Translations under genes and position numbers: made by a program | In this document: positions 50,501-61,600 of the stretch, in pieces | Layout of the letters: each line of letters opens with the position of its first letter | Position numbering within the stretch: the stretch's first letter is position 1 | The notes under the pieces: model-generated | Told to the model about the DNA's origin: nothing | Databases searched by the model: none | Seen by the model: the letters and a program-made list of their open reading frames with translations, nothing else | Origin: Takakia lepidozioides | Taxonomy: Eukaryota; Plantae; Bryophyta | Assembly (NCBI GenBank): GCA_030704615.1 | Contig: CM060731.1 | Coordinates: 45,074,001-45,138,000 of the forward strand | Direction: 5' to 3' | Length of the DNA: 64,000 bases

Positions 50501-51146
50501 CTTACCAGGGCTCTCCTGTATTCCTTCTTCCCGTATAATGCATCTGCCAATAGAACCTGCCAAGCATCCACTCCAACTGTAAAACACACAACTCTATGTC
50601 TATCTTGCAAGGTATAAAGCAGTTGCTCGAGTATCTATTTCACCCACATTCCAAAAGAATTTGGTATTCTTTTCGGAAATCCACTCGAGCCTCAAACCAC
50701 TCCAGTCAGATACAGTTTTTTTGTTGACTCTGTCTCCCACAAGTTTCCCCAAACCACCAGAAGAATCAAGCCTACAGAGGCAAAGGCAGACTTACCATGT
50801 TTTCAGCCCGTGTGCTGGGCACCACCTCACTGTTGGCTGTTGTTGCACACATCAGAAAGCAACCCTGCCATCACTCAGCGATAGATTAGGTCAGCATTGG
50901 TCCCACTCACTAGACATGCAACCTAGAAGACAGCACTAACCACATGATATGAGAGAGACAACAAAGCAGAGATGTACCCATTTGTCTAACCTTACCACCA
51001 TGAGCCTTCATGCCCTAGTGAACCTCTCACGCACCTCTCAACCAGGTGTGTGTGTGTGTGTGTAAGAGAGAGCGAACCAGGATTTCTGCGGATTCATAAA
51101 GGCCCTGCTCCAACAGCAAAACCATTTGTTCTCGAAGTACTTCCAT
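38522..51146 (-). CDS. APC7: Anaphase-promoting complex subunit 7 (TPR protein), 18 exons, 560 aa
   Basis: Exons 51146-51078, 50864-50796, 50556-50506, 48898-48767, 48602-48540, 47477-47362, 46949-46865, 46674-46615, 46440-46395, 46179-46106, 45194-45144, 44802-44599, 40764-40720, 40296-40203, 39931-39786, 39683-39454, 39009-38949 and 38608-38522 join in phase (1683 nt). The protein runs MEVLREQM...QGLYESAEIL through IDPTRPEVW and LRLEPGYLGAVLALA to an acidic GVDPDALEEEED tail, as in plant APC7. Confidence 0.93.
40916..44552 (-). mobile_element. RTE/RTEX-like non-LTR retrotransposon with intact APE-RT ORF
   Basis: 15-bp TSD ATACAGGGAGAGAGA at 40901-40915 and 44570-44584; uninterrupted ORF inside. 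Confidence 0.95.
40922..44530 (-). CDS. LINE endonuclease/reverse transcriptase (1202 aa from the element's own Met; 1224 aa from the host-derived ATG at 44596)
   Basis: APE motifs TFNFSG, GQETW, LLGDFNARVG, IVDYII and SDHFLV; RT motifs QAGFR, FLDVKKAYDTV, QGCTLSP, FADD and YLGV; C-terminal CPLC...HFLIHC. Confidence 0.93.
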   Translation of the reverse strand: MQRAGLRLATFNFSGLTNQRKQLEVGQVLRTNDIHICAGQETWETSDKLVGDVNGYKWAGRMCTLKAVSAKRGQKGVGFFVREFLFDNCEIINKGLRYEHSIWLKLNLKGGMSTKDLFVGCVYMPTEGTLSADADKAFEDVKLDCASFLAKGQVVLLGDFNARVGKGLHQDDIIGPFGEDELNSNGRRLINCLEELQLLTLNNRTRGDQVQWTREKSQTGERSIVDYIIMDKNLFPQCANVLIDRTDIGTSDHFLVWTEIKRCFPNTKRSVKRSIRKWRIEKFHNEEVKAEYVQALQEALPHFVQSLQELQSRSDNARNEVERAVDSCESFVSSVADKIIGRKLIVCGRAVNWWTNEIKLKIAERRALYKECCNLKTNRELWARYYQLRKDINQLVRSQKKLYWDKLYSEINSNHHGGNDKKFWLGLQRVYKPKNGQQVQALKTTKGAVVSSSVDIVKTFENHYSILGRTSRSNSEGSSAEWRDTVGKIVPMIQNSPDELEYISMAYNAPISSSEIVEAIEHLNGYKAGGPDGIVNELIKHGGDPMIEALVLLFNLIWKTEMIPFRWRQGVIVNLYKKGDREEPGNYRGITLLNAVGKTFCRVISTRLEVDLESRGCFHEGQAGFRRNRGCVDHIFTLSQVIQGRKKEGKPTYVFFLDVKKAYDTVWRDGLWFRLWSCGIKGKMWGVVHNLYAHTKSCVTVNGQKSNFFDIDQGVAQGCTLSPLLFNVFVNQLLEDVESEGFGLRVGDTTIPALMFADDFAGIGETPTNLQELIDCAKRYFDLWGLEANVSKCAVVAFNDRGEGGSDLKWQWGSQEIPVLPSYTYLGVEFSSNCNWDAHIRKVVQTGKGKALGLTKFFHCRGVNSEVKKTMLCRVIRPALEYGSAIWVDNSNQAKSLESIQVGVLKECMSACSKTANVAVRGEFGIPSLSSRRDEFKVRWWGQLQHMPNTRYPKLIDSISWKQDRPVKQAKSWQKRVEEILKDLDLDPQVLTLPDKSDIEAVVSKAMSVAMRLSDENEVRQKTSLNLFPVSDMGEDILDDLKGLPTLGTRLKFKLRAGSLPLNSKQKQRGKGECNCPLCGQSEDSIHFLIHCPGFSHQRDTLFNSIKGIVPVPLFTNFESLEAEPKAQALLRPSFWANHTQQIDACVKGFLEDIWKTRINSLYEGKSYYQRQPLTEVGSVPFVPAQTGRGVNGHKATANNVL
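47715..48355 (-). mobile_element. Older, internally rearranged copy of the same LINE family in APC7 intron 5
   Basis: Diverged matches to the LINE 3' region in both orientations; degenerate TSD CTATGGGCAATTGA (47701-47714) / CTATATGCAGTTGA (48356-48369). Confidence 0.75.
49147..50452 (-). mobile_element. 5'-truncated recent copy of the RTE/RTEX-like LINE in APC7 intron 3
   Basis: Near-identical to the 3' 1.3 kb of the 40916-44552 copy; 15-bp TSD AGTCTGTGTTACAGA at 49132-49146 and 50453-50467. Confidence 0.95.
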
Positions 51147-52666
51147 GACAGATCGGATGTATCACCTAGCACCTCCTGCACCATGAGTAAATTACCATAA
51201 TTAAGTAGACAACTTGGCCTTCTCCCGCACCCCAAGAGAGCTGTGTCCTTGTCTTCCTCAGGGGTATTGCCGGAAGAGAGTGGCAATGGCCAAAATTCCA
51301 ACGCACAGAAACGAGACAATACACCTCAACCCGACGAACGCGTGTGTCTACACATCAGACTTCAACCGCTCCCAAAGACAATGGTATTAGGAAGGCCAGT
51401 GCTCATTAAAGGAAAGCAAGAACGAAGATAGATGTAAAGCAAACCGGAAGAAATGAAACCGGAAGAGAAAGGAATAATCCCATTCTTGCTGACCGTCTGC
51501 AACGCACAATGCACGCAAACCACAACCCAACATGCACCCGAGAAAATAAGTGATAACACACACCTTGCTGAGTAGCTGGATCGGAGTTGCTTACACCAAA
51601 CAACGTGCTAAGGACCCATCTCCATCACTCTCACCCACTTCCTTCTCTCTCTCCCCGTCTAGTCTCAGTTTGCAAGGTCAGATGAGAAGAGATAAAAAAA
51701 TCTGGGTGATCAGAGAACAACCCTTGAGAGTGGTCTGAAGTCTGAGCTCAGATCTCGTGCTCCATCCACACGAACCGATCAAGTATAGGTGGGTAATTTA
51801 ATCTGAAAGTGTAGCCCAACAACTGGCCAATCCAACGGATGTTTCTTTGTCACCCGGCACCAGAAGCTCTTAAAATTTCACAAATCAAAACCGAAAACCC
51901 TAAACCTTCTGTTTGCTTCATGTATTGCATGTTTTGGTTTGTGGATACAGGACGGCTGATACTCATCTCACCTTCTGTTTGTTTGTTTGTCCTTTGAGCA
52001 TGGGGGATTGAGTGTTAAATCTTTAGGTGAGGGGCTAGACAAGATAAAGTTTGCGGATCAGATGGTTTATATCACAGAAGAGAGATAGAGACCAAAGACT
52101 AGTGTTGGCTCTAACAGTCAGGATGGCTAGGTAGTCCGTGAGACTGACAGACTGGCTGGCCATTTGAGACTCACTTTTCACGAGATGTGGGCAAGACAAT
52201 GTCTCAGACTGGAGAGAGTCAAATAAGGGTCACAGGTGCATGAGGTTGTCAGGCTTCAAAGAGCCACAATGGAGCATGCTGGACTGTGCACGAAGCAAAA
52301 GGTGTACATCCTGTAGATCCCTAATGTAAAAGGTGGTCTGCCATGGATGGAGTTGGAACAAAATGCTTCATCCAAGCTTAACAGCCGCTGGAATTAAATC
52401 AGAATCGTTCTCTTCATCAAGGACAGCTGCGAGGTAAAAGTATTGACCATGAAGAAGTGAGACACTATAAGCAGGATGTAGCGCACCAGTGCTCCTGCAT
52501 TAAAATTAAGGATCATCTTCCTTCCACCCGTGATGGACCTCTCCGTTCAAAGTCTCCACAGATTCCGGAGTATCCTGCACATGGCTAATGTAGCATCACC
52601 TGTACAAATCAAATCATACCTCAATCAGAGGCTTGAGTTTTCTTGATTGCTACATAACCACTGCAC

Positions 52667-55600
52667 CTAAGAACCTAACAGGGTGATTGGCTGAGCGTCC
52701 TCAAGAGCACAATCTCTTCCTCGTTGAAGTTCTGCCACTTTCATCAGAATGATGTTCTTCTTTGCCTCCACGTCCTCAATCTCTTTTGCGGTTGTGTCAA
52801 CTGTGGCCCTCGCCTTGGACAGCTTTCCCTCCATCTTCGTGATCTTGGAAGGCAGGGTATCATACCCAGAGTTCTGGTGAAACAATAGCATTTTCTGTTT
52901 TAACTCCATCCGCTGTAAATTTGCATCAAGTTGCTTCTCCTGACATAAAGTGTTGGGTGGGCTTGTATCTCGAGAAATGTTGGATGACACTTGAGCAAAT
53001 TTCACCACAGGTTCATCCCTGCATTCAACACACCATACTCATCATGGGTAAGTAACATGATACATCACAGTTACATATTAACTTCACCTTCATGGGCTGC
53101 CGAAGACATTCAACTCATGAGACAACAATTTAGAGAGAGAGCGAGGATGGGGAAAAAAGTTACCCCATAGAATGTTCCAGACAACCATTTTGACGAATAT
53201 TCCACCCATCCAGAGACACTGCTCCTGCTGTTAAGCATTGCTTGGCCCTAACCATGTTCTCCCTTGTATCATACACTTGAAGTAAAGAGAACAGCTGGAA
53301 GTAGAGGGACTGTCGAAGACCTTGGTCTGAAAGAGTAACTTGCAACTTTAACTGATGCGGGTTCAGTAGGAGCAAGTTCACAGCATATCCAAGGAAACCC
53401 TCTGGACACTGACCATCTGATAGCCCTGGCTGCGGGATGTGCAGAAGCTTTTGGGGATGATCATTGTCTACAACCGGTAAGCCATCAGGGCGCTTGTAAA
53501 AGCTGGCACAGAAAAAGAAACAAACTCAGTCTAGTATGATAGATGTGCCAGATAATCTGGAATGTTCCATATAGACCCCTTTCTTGTGTGTTGACTACGA
53601 CATACCCTTGAGGGATAGTATACCACACAAAGCTAAGTAGTCCTACACAAGAGTAGAGTGTCGCTGTAACCCCTGCACTGTCAGGAACAGGGGGATACTC
53701 GCAACCATCTTGAAAACTTAGGAGCCAGCATAGCAACATACTAAGGTTTAAGTTCTTACCAGGTTTCATCCAACATAAGTGCACGGAACCTGCCACCAAC
53801 TGTAAGATTCTTGCTGCGGGCAAATCCATGGAGACAGGTCCTTTCATCAAGCTCTCCGATATGATCACGAGTTTCTAAATATTTGAGGCCTGCCTCAGAT
53901 CTGCACACTATCATCAACATCCTTTCTACCCCAAGATAATCCACGAGTGCCCTGGAGATACATTGTACAACACCAAGAAGGAATTAGAATAAACTTCTTG
54001 CAAACCTCCTGCTCACCACTTCCCCTGGCTTAAGTGCTGCTGATTGATATCCAACCATTCATCTCTTCTTACAATCATGACAATTAAGACAGAAGCTGAC
54101 TGCAGGGGCAGCTCAGAAAACTCCTAAATTGCCAAATATGCCCTCCACACATTTCGAGTATTTCAAACTGTTCAATTCCGAACTCACCGGTTCAAATGGT
54201 CAGTTTCAACTCCAGCCAATAAGGCAACAATGCCCACAACATCATCGCCTGCTCCATTTTTAGCAAATACACCATCACCGTGATGGACGGCTTTCAACAG
54301 AATGCTGGCTGCATGGCTCCCGGGTGGGTACCCTTGCATTACCACAGCGTCTATCACATCTTTAGTTGTGTACTTTTTTTCACGTATATTCCCACATTCA
54401 GGAGCCACTGGTCCTTCACTAGAAAGGTCTTCTGAGGTAGAAGCTATGTCTCTAGTTCTCCACTCCTCTGTATTTCCCAACCCACAACCAAACCACCCAC
54501 GTAACAATAAACAACCATTATGCGTATTTGAAGTTCGCAAGTACTGCATATACAACTACATGTTTCTACAACTCAAACGAGGCCATCCTTTCACTGTCAG
54601 GAGCAAGAAACGGAATTGAAGTGAAATGACTGTGATGAGCAGTCTCTGAAGAGACTGTGGCATGTCCCTCTAATCTCACATAGACAAGACAGCACAAAGA
54701 GCTATAAGATGCTCTTTATCCAGTTCATGCACGGTGCCAGATGGGCACATCATCACACGGTATGTGAAGCTGGATTCTATGCCTAATTGGATGAAAGCAG
54801 AAAAAGTGCGAAAGAAGGACCTACGGGAGTAGGCCAGTAAATTTAGCATACTACCATAGGCCATATACTTCCCACAACCTTTTAGCTACTCCATGGGGTA
54901 CTAATTTTCCTGGAGCTGGAAACCTCAGATTGTCAATACAATTGAGCACAGGCTACATGGATTTTGAGTGTCAACTAATGGACAATACACTTGCACAGCC
55001 ACACCATACTACAGAAAGATCAGAAAAAATGAAATGAAATGAAACAGTACTTTATAACGTAAAAAAGAAAAGAGAAAGCAGAGACAAAAGAACAGAATAA
55101 CAGAAACGAAATGAAATGGTGCTTTATCACGTCCGCGGAAAGCTCATAGAGCTTATGGGACAAAATGGAAGAAAACATGAGAGGCAACAAAAAACCAGAG
55201 CCAGAGATAAAACCCTATTGTTCGAGTGATTGTCTAAGAGTGAGTGCCTCTATCAGGTTAGCTGCCAAGGATTTCTGATCTTCATAGTGAAAGACTTCAC
55301 AGAGAAAATAACATTAGAACATCCAATTGCGGGCAAAGAGAGGGGACCATGGGAAACCAGTAACCAAGAAGCACTGAAGAACAAAATGTAGAATCACAGA
55401 ATTACATGGCGGTGATGTATACACTTCTCTTGCTGCTATAATATAAGCAATAAACTTAATGAGTCCACAATAAACCCACTGAGCTCACGGTGGAAGTGCG
55501 CATACTAACCGATAAAGAAATAAAAGCAAATAATTAAATTTCCAGGAAGTGTCTCAAAAACATCCAGCAACTCACTCCTCTAAAATTTCAAGCTCTATCA

Positions 55601-58600
55601 ACTAAATGTGGACCTTTTCAGTTTTCTTCCTGTCCAGGAAGATACATGGTCTGTACCCTGTGCGTCATACAGCCTCTTTGGTGATTAATAAATTGATTTT
55701 GCTGACCTTTCAACTTGGCAAGGACATCAGCTCCATGTTTTCGTGCCTGTTTGAGAGCTGCAAGATCATCCTCCACTTTCCTCACTTTCCGGCCTTGTTC
55801 CATTAACCTCCTTTGAAGCTTCTGTGGAACATGACATAGACAGTGAAATGTGAAATCATATCATCACTTTCAACAGAAAATAGACCAGACATATTAGCAG
55901 TCGTAAAAATAAAATCTACTTGAAAGAGAGGACAATATTGATACCTGATACTGCTCAATAAGTTCCTGTATCTGCCGAGCATATTCTTCACAGAGAGTTG
56001 AAATGTTACTAATATCCGGCAGTTGCGAAGGTCGTTGCTGCCATTTTTGTGAGTCCGGTCCGAGAGTGATGACCATCTGCTGCGAAGGTTGTTGCTCCCA
56101 TTCCAGTTGGGCTAATCCGGGAGTGACGTCCACCTACAGAGAACAAGACTAGCTGATAACCAGGGTTATATCTTTTGAGCATTTGTTTTCTTCTTAACTT
56201 CCCCATTTCTGTATATGCATTGGTAGAAAAATCTGGAACCACCCAATTGGGCATATCAGATTGAGTGTAATATTTATATCTTGAATGCACAGCACTTTAT
56301 ACCAAATCTCAAAACTGAAAAGTAGATGAGTGGAGTATTGATGGATAGTGAAGACAAACCTCAAGATTTGAAAAGAGCTCAGGATTCAGAGAGTGAGCCA
56401 CTTGGCCCCGCCAAGTTCCAGGAACTTCAGGAAGACGTATCGCAGGCAGAACACAAGCACCCTTCTTTAGAAGGGTAGAGCTTCCAGGGTTCCAGCTTAG
56501 TGTGAGAGAGTGATAGACTCCATCCATTTCTTGATCCACATTTCCACTCTCGTCTATTACTTCAGCAATCACACCTTCCACTTGAGTGCCAATATGTGCT
56601 TCCTCTGGTTCCTGCTCAATTCACCAAATATTCATGTTGACAAGTCAGTTTTCACTATGTTGTCTGGCATCTTATCTACAGTAAGCCCTTCATCAGCAGC
56701 ATTTTGGTGTTCTTGAGTGGGTTTCTGTCGTTATACTTCGTCCCTGGGCTCAAGGGCCCAGGCAGACATTAGACGGTTTCAATCTTCTTTTATTTGTAAA
56801 AGCAGATTCCATGTTGGTATATTTAATACAAAGCTGTTCTCAAACTTGGCTACAACTTTGAGAGCAATGTATCTTGAAGACAGGACAATAACATCATGGT
56901 TGAGAACAGTTAACTCTGTTCACCTGGTTTCACCAAGCCACTATTGAAAATGCTCAGCTGGGACTCACATTTCTTATGCGAAGAGACCGGTAGATGGTGC
57001 TAAACTCCATCTCCAACAGAGACCATCCACTCAATGAAAGTACTTTAATGGAACCTGCACAAAGGCACCACAGGGCCTTTATGTATTGGCAACAATATGG
57101 AAGGTGGTCAATCTTTACTGTGTTGCTTGCAAACTGCAACTCACTGTGGACATGGAAAGTCAGATAGTTATGAGACATGTGGGCACACCTCCCCACCTGA
57201 GATATCAATGCTTCCTGGGATACTTAAGGTCTCTTTCCCTGTGACCCCTGACCCAAGGATGATGTAGGCCAGAGATCGGGTCACTCCATGGATCAGAGGC
57301 CAGTGAGCCTTGCTATGTGTAACCTTGAGAGCAGCAGCTACTGGCAGCCACCTTTGTGTGATAGCCCTGGAAATGTGAAGGATAGAAATTGCCTTACCTT
57401 TTGAGTTGTAACCAGCTATGACTTTTAGTAGACCTCCAAGATCAAGCAGACCATCTTCATCAACCTATATTCAATCAACCAATGCAATGTTGGGTCACCC
57501 CTCTCTGAGATTGTGCTCCACCACAAAGAAATGAAATGAAATGAACTGGAACTTTCTAACGTCCGCAGAAAGCTCAAAGAGCTTATGGGGACAATAGGAA
57601 AGCAAGAAACAAGAAAGTAAGACAAAAAGCCAGAAGCAACTACTGCTCAAGGGATTGCCTAGGAGAAAGAAAGAGAAAGAAGAAATGAAATGAAACGGTG
57701 ATTTGTAACGTCCCCAGGACTCAGCAGGATCTTTCCAGATTGATTCTGAGGCAAAAAGACTACGAAAGCACAGAGACAAGATCATTAATGACGGGAATGT
57801 CAGGCACATGAGTACCTTCCTTTCCGTGCCCTGCTTGTCCTGTAGATGAAGGCCTTCCAACATCAATATAATCTTCTGACCTTTCTCAACAGCATTTCCG
57901 AACTCATCCAATACCTACACACCACAGAATAACATATAAAGCCGGCCAAGACTAAGTAAAACCACAGGAAACGTCATCTAGAGAACCAAACATTGCCCAC
58001 AAATCCCTCAAGACATGTCGGGTCCTTGGAAGAATTGAAATGAGATGAAATGGTACTGCTAGAGAGAAAGAATGTAAGTCAATGAGCACTACCCATACTG
58101 TCAGTTACAATCAAGAGTGCAGAAAGCTCACCTGCAAGACAAACTTTTCAATAGTCTGGTTAGGCCTGAGGCAAGAGTCCAGCAGATCACTGTTTTTCAC
58201 AGTGGCGGACGACGGCAATCCAGGAAAAACTGCAGGAATGCAACATTCAAAGATACAGTAGCAAGTGAATCCTCCGTAAGACCGATGTGAATTTTCTGGA
58301 GAAAATTTCCATCTCTACTCTCTTATTTGCATGTCACACTAGGAAGAAAGCAAGTTGAAGAGATGGCGAGATCAGAATAAGAAATGAAGAAGAAAGATAG
58401 AAAGAGAGGAAGCAGCCCAAAAATAACTATAACTCAAGGGATTGTCTAGGAGTCAACACTCGTGCAGGTGCCAAGCATTTGTGATCCTTGTAATGGAAGA
58501 AAGCCAATGAAGAAGAAAAAGAAGGAAATGAAATGAAATGGTGCTTTATAACGTCCAATAAGAAACTTTAAATGTCCACAGAGGGCTCTGCGAGAAGGAA

Positions 58601-61600
58601 CGACAAGAACCGAGCCACTTCAGACAGTAGCAAACATACTTAGTCATGAGAGTCATCAGTCCAATGAGACAGTCATAGGGAAGAGAATTCTGACTCCAGA
58701 TTGGACCTGGATTGTCTTGAGGAAAGGCAAGGAAGCGATAACAGCACAGCAGAATGCACCACTGCCATATTAAAGCTTGTTCCACCAGGCAACAACCCTT
58801 TCCAAATAACATATGTTTCAAGGACTGAATATAACAGGACCGACAGAGTTGAGCAAGGGAAAGTGAATATATAAGAACTGAAGCAGTAAGAAAATCAAAC
58901 CCTTGAGATCGAATGTAGCCACAAGAGCGTTAGAAACATGTAATCGCAAATTGGCCTCATAGGAAGGTAGAAGTTGCACCAGCTGTCCACCACTAAGCTC
59001 AATACTCTGCACCAACTGACACAAACATCTTGAGCCTCTTTTGAAGTAAGAGATTCAGAAATGAAGATTGACCTAGAACCCTAATCACAACTCACCCTTG
59101 CATTGCTGGAACTCTTCCTACAAAGAATTTCAGTGACGAACGGGCTTGACAAGGTTAAGGGACAACAAACCGTGAACTGCACTGTATTTCTGTCAGGTAG
59201 CAAGACCACTCCATTTTCTGGCACTGTTGCTGAGATCGCCACAGCTTCACCATCAGCACTCCACAGTTCCAAATGAAGTTCAGTGGGTATGGTTGAAAAC
59301 TTAATTTGGTTACCAAATTCATCACACCTTGAAAGATAAAGATAGTCCTCCATCAAACCACCAACCCTGCACGGAGAAAACAATATTTAGCTCTCAAAGG
59401 CATTGGTTGTGCATTGTCTTCTGTTCAGGTATCCAGCTGATTGGTGAGGAGGGGTACAAAGAGAAGACAGAATCCATGGGACACAGTAGAAACCAAGCAG
59501 AGCAGACACTAGTGAGGAATAACGTAATACATATATTCATTGGATAATCCTCTCACCTAACTCCTGTACCTTTCACTTTCAGCCCACCATGTACTGTCGT
59601 ACAGTCACCAGCATGAGAGCACAAGTTCCAGCAGTCTACTTTGTCAGATGCTGATACATTTAGCCGGATGAGAGCAGGAGCCACATTGTTGTACTTCTCA
59701 CTCACCTACACACATACAACCAATGAAATTGGAGGGTAAAAATTGGAAATTTCGTGTAAGGATCTTGTTCTATACAAGGGTGAAGATTCACACAGAGAAT
59801 AGGATTGCATCCACACAGAACGTACTCATAAGACGTTGTTTGCCGTAGCCTTGTGGCAGAAACAGTTTGATAACTTCCGCTCAATGCAAATCACACTGTC
59901 CAGATGGAAGGATGGCAGGCCAAAATAGTCAGGATGGTGGAGTGGCATGCAAAACAGCCGGCACTTTTGACTCTTGTGGCAACCCAACAAATGTTTTATT
60001 TTATTTTCATCTAGTCATGAGAGGGTTTAGAGCTGACCAGCATGAAGTTAAACACATAGGTCCCCGCCTTTCTGAAAAGGGCATCCAGTTTGTCGATGCT
60101 GAAGGAATAGAGGCCCTTGACGTTGCTCTTCGAGCCTGCCTTCACACTGGAGCTATAAACAATCACTGCAGTGTCCATATGTCTCCTCGTCAGACGGATT
60201 TCCGGAGAGACATACTCGAGAAATTTCACCTCCAGGATCATGTCCATAGCTTCAGTGACAATGTTCCTCTGTTCAGTTCTCCACGTCATCCCAGATTTGG
60301 AGGTGCCTGCAGTGTCCAATGGACTCTGTGTACAGCTCTTGGGTCTCACCACAGCAATAACCTCTTTAGGGAGGGTAAAGCCTGCTTTGACACAGGAATT
60401 ACCTGCCAGTCCCTGTCCATTGAATGCAGCCATTCTAATAAGCTGAAGAGGAGTGAATTAAACAAGCATTACATTGGCACATGCATGGTTGCTAAAAAGC
60501 CTCCTAATGGGTATGATTACCTTAAGTGCCAAGGAATGAGAACCTGAAGATACACAAATTTCTAAGGGTGCCTTGAGAAAAGATGAACTTGTCACATATT
60601 AGATCTGGAAGGAGCCAGTTAGAGCTCAATGAATCTGCCAATGAAGTGGGAGTTGAGCTCACGACTGGTACAAAACAATTATCCCACACACTGACCGACC
60701 TCCACCAACGATGCTCTACCTTTGATCAGAAATTACCTCATATCAGTTTTAAGAAAATAGGAGACCTTGTGGCCATGCAAGCTTTGAGAAGTTTCCGGAT
60801 ATCAGTAGTACATTGTGCACCATCACAAAGAAGCTTGTGGGATATGAGTAAAAAGAAAAGTACAGACCCCGTCAATGTCAAACTTGAGCGCATCCTCTTC
60901 ACCGAGCACCTCCACAGATGCAGGGGACTTGAGGTGGATCTTTTCCTCTTGCTTTATCCAGGCAAACTCCTCGATCTTCTTAAACTGAAACAAGAGCCAA
61001 ACCAAGTATTGCGTACCAAAATCTAAAGGGACCCTGAGAACTGACTGTCTCCTACTATACGGTGTGAAAGAATGCCCACCTCCGTTCACAAAGCTCTTTG
61101 GAACCGGACTAGAGCAGCACTAGGAGTTCCTGAGGAAAGAAGTGGGAGATACAACATGGTTTCTCATAGTCTCTAGCCAGCCAAAAGTGTAGATACCAAA
61201 AGATCTTCTCATGTACCTACATGCTCATTTTTAGCTTGCATCTTGTAGGCACTTCCGTAGAGATACGGACATGGAAAAGAAGAGAGAATGCCACTTTTAG
61301 AATAACCAGTGATGCTAGTGAAATTTGCCCTCAAGTGTATGTGCCTAGTAGCTAACACAGTCAAGGTGATTGTCGGACCCTCTCCCATCTACAGAGATTT
61401 GGTGCATGATCCATGCTGCCTCACAGGCTACCAGCATGTCGAAGGATTACACAGTGATTGCACTTCAGCAAGAATGCTAACAAATAATTCATCGTAGGCA
61501 TATCACGAGATGGAAGAGATATTGGATAGGCACCTTTCTGGAAAGCATACTATCGAGTGGGAATGCCCTTGACTTTCCCAGGTGAAAGACTGGATCCTGA

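Noticed and set aside
59867-61026. Long + strand ORFs (226 aa and 147 aa)
   Set aside because: They are antisense shadows of GMI1 exons.
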